Source of the DNA: Planctopirus limnophila DSM 3776
GTDB lineage: Bacteria; Planctomycetota; Planctomycetia; Planctomycetales; Planctomycetaceae
Assembly (NCBI RefSeq): GCF_000092105.1
Contig: NC_014148.1
Span: 2,130,001 to 2,162,000 of the forward strand
Direction of reading: 5' to 3'
DNA length: 32,000 bases
Part shown: positions 9,179 to 19,116 of the stretch, piece by piece
How positions within the stretch are numbered: position 1 is the stretch's first letter
Layout: every line of letters starts with the position of its first letter
Position numbers and translations under genes: made by a program
Notes under the pieces: model-generated
Told to the model about the DNA's origin: nothing
Databases searched by the model: none
What the model saw: only the letters and a program-made list of their open reading frames with translations

Positions 9179-10834
9179 ATGACCCAGTACAGCATGGATA
9201 AGATTGTCGCCCTCGCCAAGCGGCGTGGCCTGATGTTCCAGTCTTCCGAAATCTACGGTGGACTCAACGGTTTTTGGGATTACGGACCGCTGGGTGTCGA
9301 ACTGAAGCGGAATGTTCGCCAGGCCTGGTGGGATGACATGATCACCCGGCACGACGAACTCTCAATTCCTGCAGGCGCTCCTTCGACCTTCGACATGGTG
9401 GGTGTCGAAACATCAATCATCATGCACCCGCAGGTCTGGAAAGTTTCGGGACACTTCGACCTCTTCTGCGACAAAATGGTCGATTGCAAAGAATCGCGCA
9501 AACGATATCGGCTCGATCATGTGAAGGGCCGCTGGATCGAAAGCGTTAAACGTGTGCAGGGCGAAATCCCGGAAGGCGCCGCTCCCGAGCGAGTCTTCAT
9601 CACGACGATGGCCGAAATCGATGAGCGAAATGACGATATCGAAAAGAAAGCACTGCAGTACTTCGGGCTGCGCAGTAAAGATGCCGGCAAACTGAAGTTC
9701 GTCTCAGAAATTGAATCGTTGCCACCGGTCGAGCAGTTCATTGATGTCATGGCTCCCGATGCCCGCAACAAGGCGACATTAACCACGCCGCGCGACTTCA
9801 ACCTGATGTTCAAGACCACACTGGGGGCCTTGGGCACTGAAGACGATGCCGCCTTCCTTCGTCCCGAAACCGCTCAAGGGATGTTCGTCAACTTCAAGAA
9901 CGTCTGCGATTCGAGCCGGGTCAAAATTCCGTTTGGTATTGCCCAGATTGGCAAAAGCTTCCGTAACGAGATCACTCCTCGCAACTTCACTTTCCGCTCG
10001 CGAGAGTTCGAGCAGATGGAAATGGAATTCTTCTGTCATCCGAAAGATTCTCTCGCCTGGTACACCTACTGGCGCGACCGCCGCTATAAGTGGTACACCG
10101 ATCTGGGGATTTCAAGCGACAACCTCATTCTTCGCGAGCATACTCACGAAGAACTGGCACACTATTCTGTCGGAACAGCCGATGTGGAGTACGCCTTTCC
10201 ATTTTTGCCGGCCGGTGAATATGGCGAGTTGGAAGGGGTTGCCCATCGTGGCGATTTCGACCTGCGCTCGCACTCTCAGGGCAAGCTCCGCAAAGAAGGG
10301 AACGAACTGGTTGTCGAAGCGGGAACTGACGGGAAGCCCAAATACTTGGGAAGTGGCAAGGATCTTTCGTACTTCGATGACCAGTCGCGCGAGCGGTTCC
10401 TCCCCCATGTTATTGAACCAGCGGCTGGCTGTGACCGTGCCACACTGGCATTTCTTTGTGAAGCCTATCACGAGGACAAGCAGCCGGATGAAAAGGGCGA
10501 GATGCAAGAGCGTGTCGTGCTGAAACTGCACCCACGGCTCGCCCCCGTCAAGGTCGCGATTTTCCCGCTGATCAAGAAAGACGGCATGCCCGAAAAGGCA
10601 GCCGAGATTTACCGCGAATTCAAGCGGGCCGGGATTACTGCGGCTTACGACCAGCAGGCCGCCATTGGCCGACGTTATCGCCGCATGGACGAAATCGGCA
10701 CGCCCTACTGCATCACAGTCGATGGCGACACGATGTCCGCCGACACCGTCACCATCCGCAACCGCGACACCTTGGAACAGATCCGCCTGCCCGTAAAAGA
10801 AGTGGTCGATCACATCGCCAAGCTCGTCAGATAG
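9179..10834 (+). CDS. glyQS: Glycine--tRNA ligase, single-chain dimeric class II type
   Basis: From ATG 9179 the protein reads MTQYSMDKIVALAKRRGLMFQSSEIYGGLNGFWDYGPLGVELKRNV..., then ...FLRPETAQGMFVNFKNV..., ...IAQIGKSFRNEITPRNFTFRSREFEQMEMEFF... and a C-terminal anticodon-binding region (...AIGRRYRRMDEIGTPYCITVD...). The track ORF start at 8852 overlaps the upstream gene and is not conserved-looking. Confidence 0.9.
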   Translation: MTQYSMDKIVALAKRRGLMFQSSEIYGGLNGFWDYGPLGVELKRNVRQAWWDDMITRHDELSIPAGAPSTFDMVGVETSIIMHPQVWKVSGHFDLFCDKMVDCKESRKRYRLDHVKGRWIESVKRVQGEIPEGAAPERVFITTMAEIDERNDDIEKKALQYFGLRSKDAGKLKFVSEIESLPPVEQFIDVMAPDARNKATLTTPRDFNLMFKTTLGALGTEDDAAFLRPETAQGMFVNFKNVCDSSRVKIPFGIAQIGKSFRNEITPRNFTFRSREFEQMEMEFFCHPKDSLAWYTYWRDRRYKWYTDLGISSDNLILREHTHEELAHYSVGTADVEYAFPFLPAGEYGELEGVAHRGDFDLRSHSQGKLRKEGNELVVEAGTDGKPKYLGSGKDLSYFDDQSRERFLPHVIEPAAGCDRATLAFLCEAYHEDKQPDEKGEMQERVVLKLHPRLAPVKVAIFPLIKKDGMPEKAAEIYREFKRAGITAAYDQQAAIGRRYRRMDEIGTPYCITVDGDTMSADTVTIRNRDTLEQIRLPVKEVVDHIAKLVR

Positions 10835-10847
10835 CTTGACTCGATGA

Positions 10848-10878
10848 ATTCCCGGCGTTTGGCGAGAACGCCGGGAAT
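10848..10878. terminator. Perfect 12-bp stem hairpin just after the glyQS stop, in the convergent glyQS/miaB intergenic region
   Basis: The stem arms attcccggcgtt (10848-10859) and aacgccgggaat (10867-10878) flank a 7-nt loop. There is no clean T tract. A second imperfect hairpin lies at 10893-10918. Confidence 0.4.
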
Positions 10879-10970
10879 CTGCCTTTCCTGCCCCCTCGCC
10901 CAGTCTGCTGGGAGAGGGCCGGGGTGAGGGCGAGTTCACCGCTATTCGGCATCCAATCTCGACCGTGTCA

Positions 10971-12611
10971 TCAAACCAGAATCGGCAGCAGGGAATGGCC
11001 GCCGTGCTGTACTTCGCGCGTCAATATCGAACCCACCAGTGTGGTTGGTGTGACATCGTGAACCACCACCTGTGCCAGACTCCCCGCCAGCCTCGGATTG
11101 CCGTCGAAGACCACGATGCGGTCACAGCGTGTGCGGCCAGTGAGTTGCTCTTTGAGCGAACTATCGGCCTTCTTGATGGCATTCTTGCTCGGCCCTTCAA
11201 CGAGGACTTCCACTTCCCGCCCGATGAATGCCGCGTTGTCCTCTTCACTGATCTCGTTTTGAAGTTCCAGCAGTTCCTGATTTCGACGCTTTTTCACCTC
11301 ATCGGGAATGTCGTCCTGGAAGAGTGACTGGGCTTTCGTTCCCGGTCGTTCGCTGTACTTGAAAATGAAGCTGTTCTTGAAGCGGTATTCGCGAATCGCC
11401 TCGAGGCTCTTTTGATGGCTTTCTTCGGTCTCACCACAAAAGCCGACAATAAAGTCACTTGAGACTGCCGAGTACGGGAGATATTCCTTGATCCTCTGAT
11501 GCATCTCGCGATAGTGAGCCGTGGTGTAGCCTCGTTTCATGCGTGTGAGAACGTCGTCACAGCCATGCTGCAGTGGAACATGGATGTAATGACTGCATTT
11601 GGGCAGGTCTCGCAAGGCAATCAGCAGATCATCGGTCATGTCTCGCGGATAGCTGGTGACAAACTTAAACCGCAGCATACCGGGGGTTTCATGCATGGCC
11701 GCCAGCAGATCAGAAAGTCGCCACGTTTTGCCATTTTCCACGCACTTGTAGCTGTTGACCGTCTGGCCCAGAAGTGTCACCTCTTTGACACCTTGCCCCG
11801 CCAGATGTGCCACTTCGGCGAGAATTTCTGATGGCAAACGGCTCTGCTCCGGCCCGCGCGTCATCGGCACCACACAATAAGTGCAGAATTTGTCGCAACC
11901 AAACATGATCCGCACGAAGGCCTGATAGGGCGAAGGCCGCATCTCAGGTTCTCGCAAAGGATCGTAGCTTTGAAAGCTGGCACTCACTTCCCGGCGTGTC
12001 CCCGCCTTACGATCAAGACTCACAGCTAATGCCCGCTCGCGATCTTTCCGAGCATTCTTAATGAGTCCGGGGATCTCGGCCATCTGGCCAGTTCCCACGA
12101 CGATGTCCACATGCGGAGCCCGATCAAAAATCAGCGATTGATCCTTCTGAGCCATACAGCCCATCACACCAATGACCTGCTGAGGTCGCTGCTTGCGGGC
12201 ATGCTTCAGGCGACCCAGAGCGCTATAGATTTTATGCTCAGCATGCTCACGGACACTGCAGGTATTGAAGAGAATCGTGTCTGCATCGTCGGGTTGGCTG
12301 GTGAGTTCGTACCCCTCACGCCGCAGAGCAGCCACGACCAGCTCACTGTCGAGCATATTCATCTGGCAGCCGACCGTTTCAATATAGAGCTTGCCGTTAT
12401 GGTCTCGCTCACCTGGCGCGCCTTGCTCATGGGCACTGAGTGCAGTGCTTGTTTCAGTTTTGGGAGCATCGCTCACCGAATCTCCACTGGCTGCAGCGGC
12501 TGAATCATTCGAATTCAAAGTCGCGACGTTAAGCGAACCTGCAGAAGAACTTTCGCAGCCATCGCTCGATGATACTTGTGCAGGCAATGTGATAATGGGA
12601 AGCGTCAACAT
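10971..12611 (-). CDS. miaB: tRNA-i6A37 methylthiotransferase MiaB (radical SAM), with an unusual Ser/Ala-rich N-terminal extension
   Basis: The MTTase N-domain reads LYIETVGCQMNMLDSE...FNTCSVRE. The radical-SAM cysteine motif is GCDKFCTYCVVP, and a TRAM-like C-terminus reads ...GREVEVLVEG...TGRT...VVHDV. The track start at 12848 is GTG and overlaps the small upstream ORF. The ATG at 12611 is my choice. A GTG at 12476, preceded by GGAG, is an alternative. Confidence 0.85.
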   Translation of the reverse strand: MLTLPIITLPAQVSSSDGCESSSAGSLNVATLNSNDSAAAASGDSVSDAPKTETSTALSAHEQGAPGERDHNGKLYIETVGCQMNMLDSELVVAALRREGYELTSQPDDADTILFNTCSVREHAEHKIYSALGRLKHARKQRPQQVIGVMGCMAQKDQSLIFDRAPHVDIVVGTGQMAEIPGLIKNARKDRERALAVSLDRKAGTRREVSASFQSYDPLREPEMRPSPYQAFVRIMFGCDKFCTYCVVPMTRGPEQSRLPSEILAEVAHLAGQGVKEVTLLGQTVNSYKCVENGKTWRLSDLLAAMHETPGMLRFKFVTSYPRDMTDDLLIALRDLPKCSHYIHVPLQHGCDDVLTRMKRGYTTAHYREMHQRIKEYLPYSAVSSDFIVGFCGETEESHQKSLEAIREYRFKNSFIFKYSERPGTKAQSLFQDDIPDEVKKRRNQELLELQNEISEEDNAAFIGREVEVLVEGPSKNAIKKADSSLKEQLTGRTRCDRIVVFDGNPRLAGSLAQVVVHDVTPTTLVGSILTREVQHGGHSLLPILV

Positions 12612-12672
12612 ACAAACCACCGCAACTCTGTAAACAGATTTCAAAACAAGACTGCAATACTTCCGCAAGCAC

Positions 12673-12882
12673 TCAGGCGGCTTTCCTGACTTGTCCCGCC
12701 AGTATGGATTCCGCATCCTTGGATTCTGCAGCCGCCGCAGCAGCTTTTTCCCGCTCAGCCTGCTCTTTTTCGAACCGCAATTTCGCAAAGGTATTCTGCC
12801 GATGCTGTTCGACCATCCCCATCCAGAAGCGAAGTGCCAGCAAAGCACAACCGATCCATAAGGCCGCTATCAGATATCCCAT
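12673..12882 (-). CDS. Small (69 aa) single-pass membrane protein with a charged Ala/Glu-rich tail, unknown function
   Basis: The ATG at 12882 is preceded by a strong Shine-Dalgarno sequence (coding strand CAGGAGGTTCGTA-ATG). The hydrophobic helix YLIAALWIGCALLALRFWMGMV is followed by EKEQAEREKAAAAAAESKD. The ORF sits just upstream of miaB on the same strand. Confidence 0.5.
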   Translation of the reverse strand: MGYLIAALWIGCALLALRFWMGMVEQHRQNTFAKLRFEKEQAEREKAAAAAAESKDAESILAGQVRKAA

Positions 12883-13042
12883 TACGAACCTCCTGTTCGT
12901 CGGTCGCCACGCTTTGCTGAATTAATACTTTTCGCCTGCCTGAGTCGCCGGAAAGCACCTCGATCGCACCTTTTGCTGCGTCAAGTTTAACAGAGAACGC
13001 TTTTTCAGGGAATCGTGGCCGTAACTGTTTAATGGACAAGGG

Positions 13043-14200
13043 TTAAAGTCGATTTACCGGCCCGCCAGCCACCCCGAGTGCCCAATGTGCCACAAACTCA
13101 TCGAGCCAGAAGCCACTTTTCCCACCCTGACGAGTTTCGAAGTAACCGACATGACCTCCCGATCGGGCGACAACGACCCGGGTGGAAGGCGACCAGCGAG
13201 CCTGTGCGTCACTGAAAATCGACACAGGAATTAAGGGATCATCCTGCGACGTCAGGACGGTGGTGGCTATTTCAATCTGATCGAGTGTCGATCGGGCACT
13301 GGAAAGTCTGTAATACTCCTCGGCACTTACAAATCCACTGCGGGGAGCCGTATAGAACTCGTCAAACTCCAGGAGAGTTTTGGGGCGTCGAAGTTCTTTT
13401 GGCCAGCGGGTGGCATCTTTACGCCTGGCAAGTTCTCCATAGAGACGCCTGACAAAGAACTGGTCGTAGATCCGGTTCAAACCCACGGAAAGCTGCTTGA
13501 CGCACTGAGAGAGATCAATCGGTGGATTGATGGCCAGAGCCGCCACGACTTCTGCCGGTAACTCGCGAGCGGCTACACCCAATGTTTTCAGCAAAATATT
13601 TCCGCTCAACGAGATTCCACAAAGGGCCAGCTGGCGACGTTTTCCCGAAGCCTCAATCGCCCACGGGGATTGCTTCCACCAGTCGATAACAGCCAGCAGA
13701 TCAGACGTGCGACCTGCATGGTAGGGCCTTTGGGCCAGAATCTCCTGTTCACCGCAGCCGCGATGATTCATCCGTACCACAGAAATGCCTGCCTGAAGCA
13801 ACTGGCTGGTCAATCGACGGATCAGCCCACTTCGATGGTCTCCACACAGGCCGGGCATCAGGAGGACAGTCAAAGGGATCTCGGAAGGATTAACAGGAGA
13901 ATTTTCTGCGGGAAAATTCGCATAAACAGTCAGTCGATCGCCATCGTCCAGCTGAACCACTTCACGCAAAGAATCTCCCGGCTCCTCGGAAACGGGCCAC
14001 AATCCGCAAGCGATTGTTTGCAGGTGCCCGCTTCTCAACCACCACCGGGGAGACATCGGCTGCCTGTAAATGTTCGTACCACTCCCAAGGCCTGCCATGT
14101 CACAGATGACAGACGGCTTATCTGTGGGGTCCGCGGTGACTTTTTCCAAGGAATCCAAAAAACTCTCCGACGTGCAAAACCGCTTTGGGCGTGATATCAC
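13043..14200 (-). CDS. Alpha/beta-fold hydrolase of the YheT/COG0429 type
   Basis: Motifs line up with my memory of E. coli YheT: WLRSGHLQT, MNHRGCG, YHAGRTSD, the nucleophile elbow GISLSGN, EFDEFYTAP..GF.SAEEYY, QDDPLIP and GGHVGY. The start is uncertain: 14200 is GTG, and in-frame ATGs lie at 14098 and 14056. Confidence 0.8.
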   Translation of the reverse strand: MISRPKRFCTSESFLDSLEKVTADPTDKPSVICDMAGLGSGTNIYRQPMSPRWWLRSGHLQTIACGLWPVSEEPGDSLREVVQLDDGDRLTVYANFPAENSPVNPSEIPLTVLLMPGLCGDHRSGLIRRLTSQLLQAGISVVRMNHRGCGEQEILAQRPYHAGRTSDLLAVIDWWKQSPWAIEASGKRRQLALCGISLSGNILLKTLGVAARELPAEVVAALAINPPIDLSQCVKQLSVGLNRIYDQFFVRRLYGELARRKDATRWPKELRRPKTLLEFDEFYTAPRSGFVSAEEYYRLSSARSTLDQIEIATTVLTSQDDPLIPVSIFSDAQARWSPSTRVVVARSGGHVGYFETRQGGKSGFWLDEFVAHWALGVAGGPVNRL

Positions 14201-14294
14201 TCCTTGAGAGAGTCAGTTCTCTGATTGACCTGTGGTCTGCCGTGGGGCACGGCCGTTCAAGAGACTTCATGCAGTGTAGATTGGTTTCGCAATT

Positions 14295-15386
14295 ATGGAA
14301 GCGGGAATTGTCGGGCTCCCCAATGTCGGCAAGAGCACACTCTTCAATGCACTCACATGCTCCAAGGCGGCACAAAGTGCTAACTACCCCTTTTGCACCA
14401 TCGAGCCGAACGAAGGCATTGTGAGCGTCCCCGATTCCAGGCTGGAAAGGATCACCAAATTCATTCCACCACAGAAGGTGATCCCCGCAGCCCTCAAGCT
14501 GGTTGATATTGCCGGAATTGTGAAGGGAGCCAGTGAAGGGCAGGGGCTGGGCAACAAGTTCTTGAGTCACATTCGCGAAGTCGATGCCATTTTACAGGTC
14601 GTTCGCTGCTTCGAAGATCCGGATGTCGTGCACGTCGCGGGCGATGTCAACCCTTTGGTCGATATCGAAACGATCGAAATGGAATTGATGCTCGCCGATA
14701 TGCAGACGCTCGATAACTCGCTGCCCAAAGCCGAACGGGCAGCCCGCACGGGTGATAAAGAGGCTAAGCTGCGCGTCGATGTCATCAAGAAGTGCACGGC
14801 TCACCTGGCCACTGATCAGCCACTGCGAAAGCTCGAAGCCGACGAGAACGAGACCAAAATCATCCGCTCATTCGGTTTAATGACAGCCAAACCCGTACTG
14901 TATGTAGCCAACGTCGATGAAAATGATCTTCTGGGCGAAGGGCCACTGGTCAAGCAGCTTCAGGATTTTGCGACCAAAGTTGGGGCAGAAGTCGTCCCTG
15001 TGTGTGCGAAGCTCGAAGCGGAACTCGCTGAACTCGATCCAGCCGATCGAGCCGAAATGCTCGAATCGGTCGGTCTGAAAGAACCGGCTCTCGCTCTTCT
15101 AGCCCGGGCCACTTATCGCACTTTGGGCCAGCAGAGCTACTTTACTGCTGGTGAAAAGGAAGTGCGGGCCTGGACAATCCCCGTCGGCGCCACAGCACCG
15201 CAAGCGGCAGGCGTGATCCACACCGACTTTGAAAAAGGCTTTATCCGGGCAGAAATCTACACCCTGGCCGATCTTGAGCAGTACAAGACCGAAAAAGACA
15301 TTCGCGCCGCAGGCAAACTGAGAGTCGAAGGCAAGACCTACATCATGCAGGACGGCGACATCTGCCACTTCCTGGTGAATTCGTAA
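14295..15386 (+). CDS. ychF: Ribosome-binding ATPase YchF (Obg-like ATPase)
   Basis: The protein starts [21 protein letters not shown] (P-loop) and continues ...[10 protein letters not shown]... and ...[20 protein letters not shown].... The C-terminal TGS-like part reads ...[30 protein letters not shown]...[11 protein letters not shown]. It is 363 aa, the typical length. Confidence 0.93.
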   Translation: MEAGIVGLPNVGKSTLFNALTCSKAAQSANYPFCTIEPNEGIVSVPDSRLERITKFIPPQKVIPAALKLVDIAGIVKGASEGQGLGNKFLSHIREVDAILQVVRCFEDPDVVHVAGDVNPLVDIETIEMELMLADMQTLDNSLPKAERAARTGDKEAKLRVDVIKKCTAHLATDQPLRKLEADENETKIIRSFGLMTAKPVLYVANVDENDLLGEGPLVKQLQDFATKVGAEVVPVCAKLEAELAELDPADRAEMLESVGLKEPALALLARATYRTLGQQSYFTAGEKEVRAWTIPVGATAPQAAGVIHTDFEKGFIRAEIYTLADLEQYKTEKDIRAAGKLRVEGKTYIMQDGDICHFLVNS

Positions 15387-15440
15387 TCCAATGATAAATA
15401 TGTATCGAAGTCATTTTTAATTGCCATTTAGAAACGAATG

Positions 15441-15469
15441 TGCCCTTACGGTTTTGTAAGGGCATTTTT
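15441..15469 (+). terminator. Rho-independent terminator of ychF
   Basis: The stem tgcccttac (15441-15449) pairs with gtaagggca (15456-15464) around the loop ggtttt, followed by ttttt (15465-15469). Confidence 0.7.
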
Positions 15470-15505
15470 CATCACATCTATCAAAGCCGAACGACATTCG
15501 AATGA

Positions 15506-15883
15506 TTACCGTTTGGACTCCGAAGACTTCAGTCGGCTGGAAGAATTAAAATAGTGATCCAGTGCCATAGCCACAAAGGATGGCCAGATGAAAAATGCCA
15601 GTATCCATAATGTCGGGTCATTCCAGGTCATACCCTGAACCTGCAGATCTGCATCAGCATTACCTGCCAGATCGGCCGCATCTTCAGTCTCTTCGATGAG
15701 TTCAATTTTATCTTGAATCGCCTGCCGACCAGTAAAAAAACCTCGCCCCAGCGGACGAACAAGAATTCCTCCACCGATCTGAGAGATAATCCAGCCCCCA
15801 ATACAGAGCACACACAGGGCACCCCATAGGCACACAAGCCCAATTAGAACAAAGGCACAGATGAACCCCAGGAAATCAGACAC
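15506..15883 (-). CDS. Small membrane protein (about three TM segments with an acidic central loop), unknown function; second gene of the AT-rich islet
   Basis: The track ORF 15506-15919 starts with TTG and overlaps the upstream gene by 35 nt. An in-frame GTG at 15883 lies 1 nt after the upstream TAA (coding strand TAA-G-GTG) and is preceded by GGGGAA. The hydrophobic N-terminus FLGFICAFVLIGLVCLWGALCVLCIGGWII is followed by the acidic segment IELIEETEDAADLAGNADAD and a C-terminal TM, LWILAFFIWPSFVAMAL. Confidence 0.5.
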   Translation of the reverse strand: MSDFLGFICAFVLIGLVCLWGALCVLCIGGWIISQIGGGILVRPLGRGFFTGRQAIQDKIELIEETEDAADLAGNADADLQVQGMTWNDPTLWILAFFIWPSFVAMALDHYFNSSSRLKSSESKR

Positions 15884-15884
15884 C

Positions 15885-16166
15885 TTAGAGTTCCCCAACT
15901 TGCCAGACTTCGGTTCCAATCGGCAAATCAGTTTTTGTCAAATTCTCTTCAGCAAGAAAGCAAAATGAACGGCCAGAGTCAAAAGGACTAATCATTTCAA
16001 TCCCCCGAATGAAGGAGTGATACAAATCCCCATTCAATTTTCGATAGTTGATTTTCTGACCGACCAAAAGTTTCGGAACATCTCGAATCGCGGTATCAGT
16101 CACAACGATCAAACCTCTTCCCGGAATTTCAAATAGTTCTACAATAGAGAACAGCTTTGCAGACAT
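15885..16166 (-). CDS. Stand-alone EF-Tu domain-II-like (translation-protein beta-barrel) small protein, 93 aa
   Basis: From ATG 16166 the protein reads MSAKLFSIVELFEIPGRGLIVVTD...LLVGQKINY...IRGIEMISPFDSGRSFCFL...LTKTDLPIGTEVW. This parallels E. coli EF-Tu domain II (recalled from memory): [36 protein letters not shown]...[35 protein letters not shown]. The track start at 16214 is GTG and would add 16 aa. Confidence 0.5.
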   Translation of the reverse strand: MSAKLFSIVELFEIPGRGLIVVTDTAIRDVPKLLVGQKINYRKLNGDLYHSFIRGIEMISPFDSGRSFCFLAEENLTKTDLPIGTEVWQVGEL

Positions 16167-16222
16167 CACATAATCCAAGAAATCGGGCGACAGCCATTTC
16201 GTTTGAAGTACCACAAGACAAG

Positions 16223-16251
16223 ATTATTTTTTCCTATTCTAATTTTGACAA
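16223..16251 (-). promoter_or_regulatory. Candidate sigma70-like promoter for the islet genes (TTGTCA-N17-AATAAT on the minus strand)
   Basis: On the minus strand, -35 ttgtca lies at 16251-16246, followed by a 17-nt spacer and -10 aataat at 16228-16223. This is the most AT-rich stretch of the window. Promoter rules for this clade are uncertain. Confidence 0.25.
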
Positions 16252-16307
16252 AATTAAATGTTAACTCGCGTGAATCAAGAAAATCCAGAAGATGGGTTTT
16301 CAAAAGT

Positions 16308-16400
16308 ATGCGATTAATAAGTGGAGCCCATACGGGGCGCAATGATCCCTGCCCATGCGGCAGTGGCAACAAGTTCACACAATGCTGTGGAAAATCATAG
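16308..16400 (+). CDS. 30-codon ORF consisting essentially of a SEC-C zinc-binding motif (micro-protein, or relic 3' end of a lost gene)
   Basis: Translation of atg cga tta ata agt ... gives MRLISGAHTGRNDPCPCGSGNKFTQCCGKS*. It closely matches the SecA C-terminal tail motif RNDPCPCGSGKKYKQC. The track ORF 16203-16400 starts with TTG in the AT-rich promoter-like DNA. Confidence 0.3.
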   Translation: MRLISGAHTGRNDPCPCGSGNKFTQCCGKS

Positions 16401-16428
16401 TTTTCTCCATTTGCAATCCAGAGCCAAT

Positions 16429-16462
16429 AAAAAAGGCCACTCGGGTGTGAACCCGAGTGGCC
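16429..16462 (-). terminator. Rho-independent terminator of katG (a hairpin usable in both directions, with the T tract only on the minus strand)
   Basis: A perfect 12-bp stem, ggccactcgggt (16435-16446) with acccgagtggcc (16451-16462), encloses the loop gtga. The A6 run at 16429-16434 reads as T6 after the hairpin on the minus strand. The hairpin ends 20 nt downstream of the katG stop. Confidence 0.7.
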
Positions 16463-16481
16463 TGCATCAACCTGACACAAA

Positions 16482-18875
<2,394 letters not shown>

Positions 18876-19056
18876 TCAAGATTTTGCCTTGTCGCCATGG
18901 GCCTGAGCACATCAGCCCATCTATGGGAACAAGCACACAGCCAATCTTCTGTCGTTCTGAAAATTCCGTCGTGTGAAACCCGATTTCCAATCCAGATTTG
19001 TTGGGTTTTGTCCCATCAACATTTAAGATTATGACAACCCGAACTCAATACAGCCA

Positions 19057-19096
19057 ATGCATTCCTGTGATATATTCCATGCATTTCATGCATGAA
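19057..19096. promoter_or_regulatory. Cluster of three ATGCAT hexamers, including a perfect 12-bp palindrome TTCATGCATGAA, just upstream of oxyR
   Basis: ATGCAT occurs at 19057-19062, 19079-19084 and 19088-19093. The palindrome spans 19085-19096, 21 nt before ATG 19117. This is a candidate operator in the katG-oxyR divergent region. Confidence 0.25.
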
Positions 19097-19116
19097 TCCA
19101 AATGGTGAGAATTGTG

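Noticed and set aside
10112-10939. 275-aa minus-strand ORF antisense to glyQS, starting in the PSPSRLGEGAG repeat
   Set aside because: It is a shadow frame of a well-supported gene. Its N-terminus is just the translated GC-rich intergenic hairpin element.
12755-13039. 94-aa minus-strand ORF between the hydrolase and miaB
   Set aside because: It overlaps the 69-aa ORF (12673-12882) in another frame. The 69-aa ORF has a strong AGGAGG Shine-Dalgarno and a clear TM helix, and the 94-aa frame has neither. It is not fully excluded.
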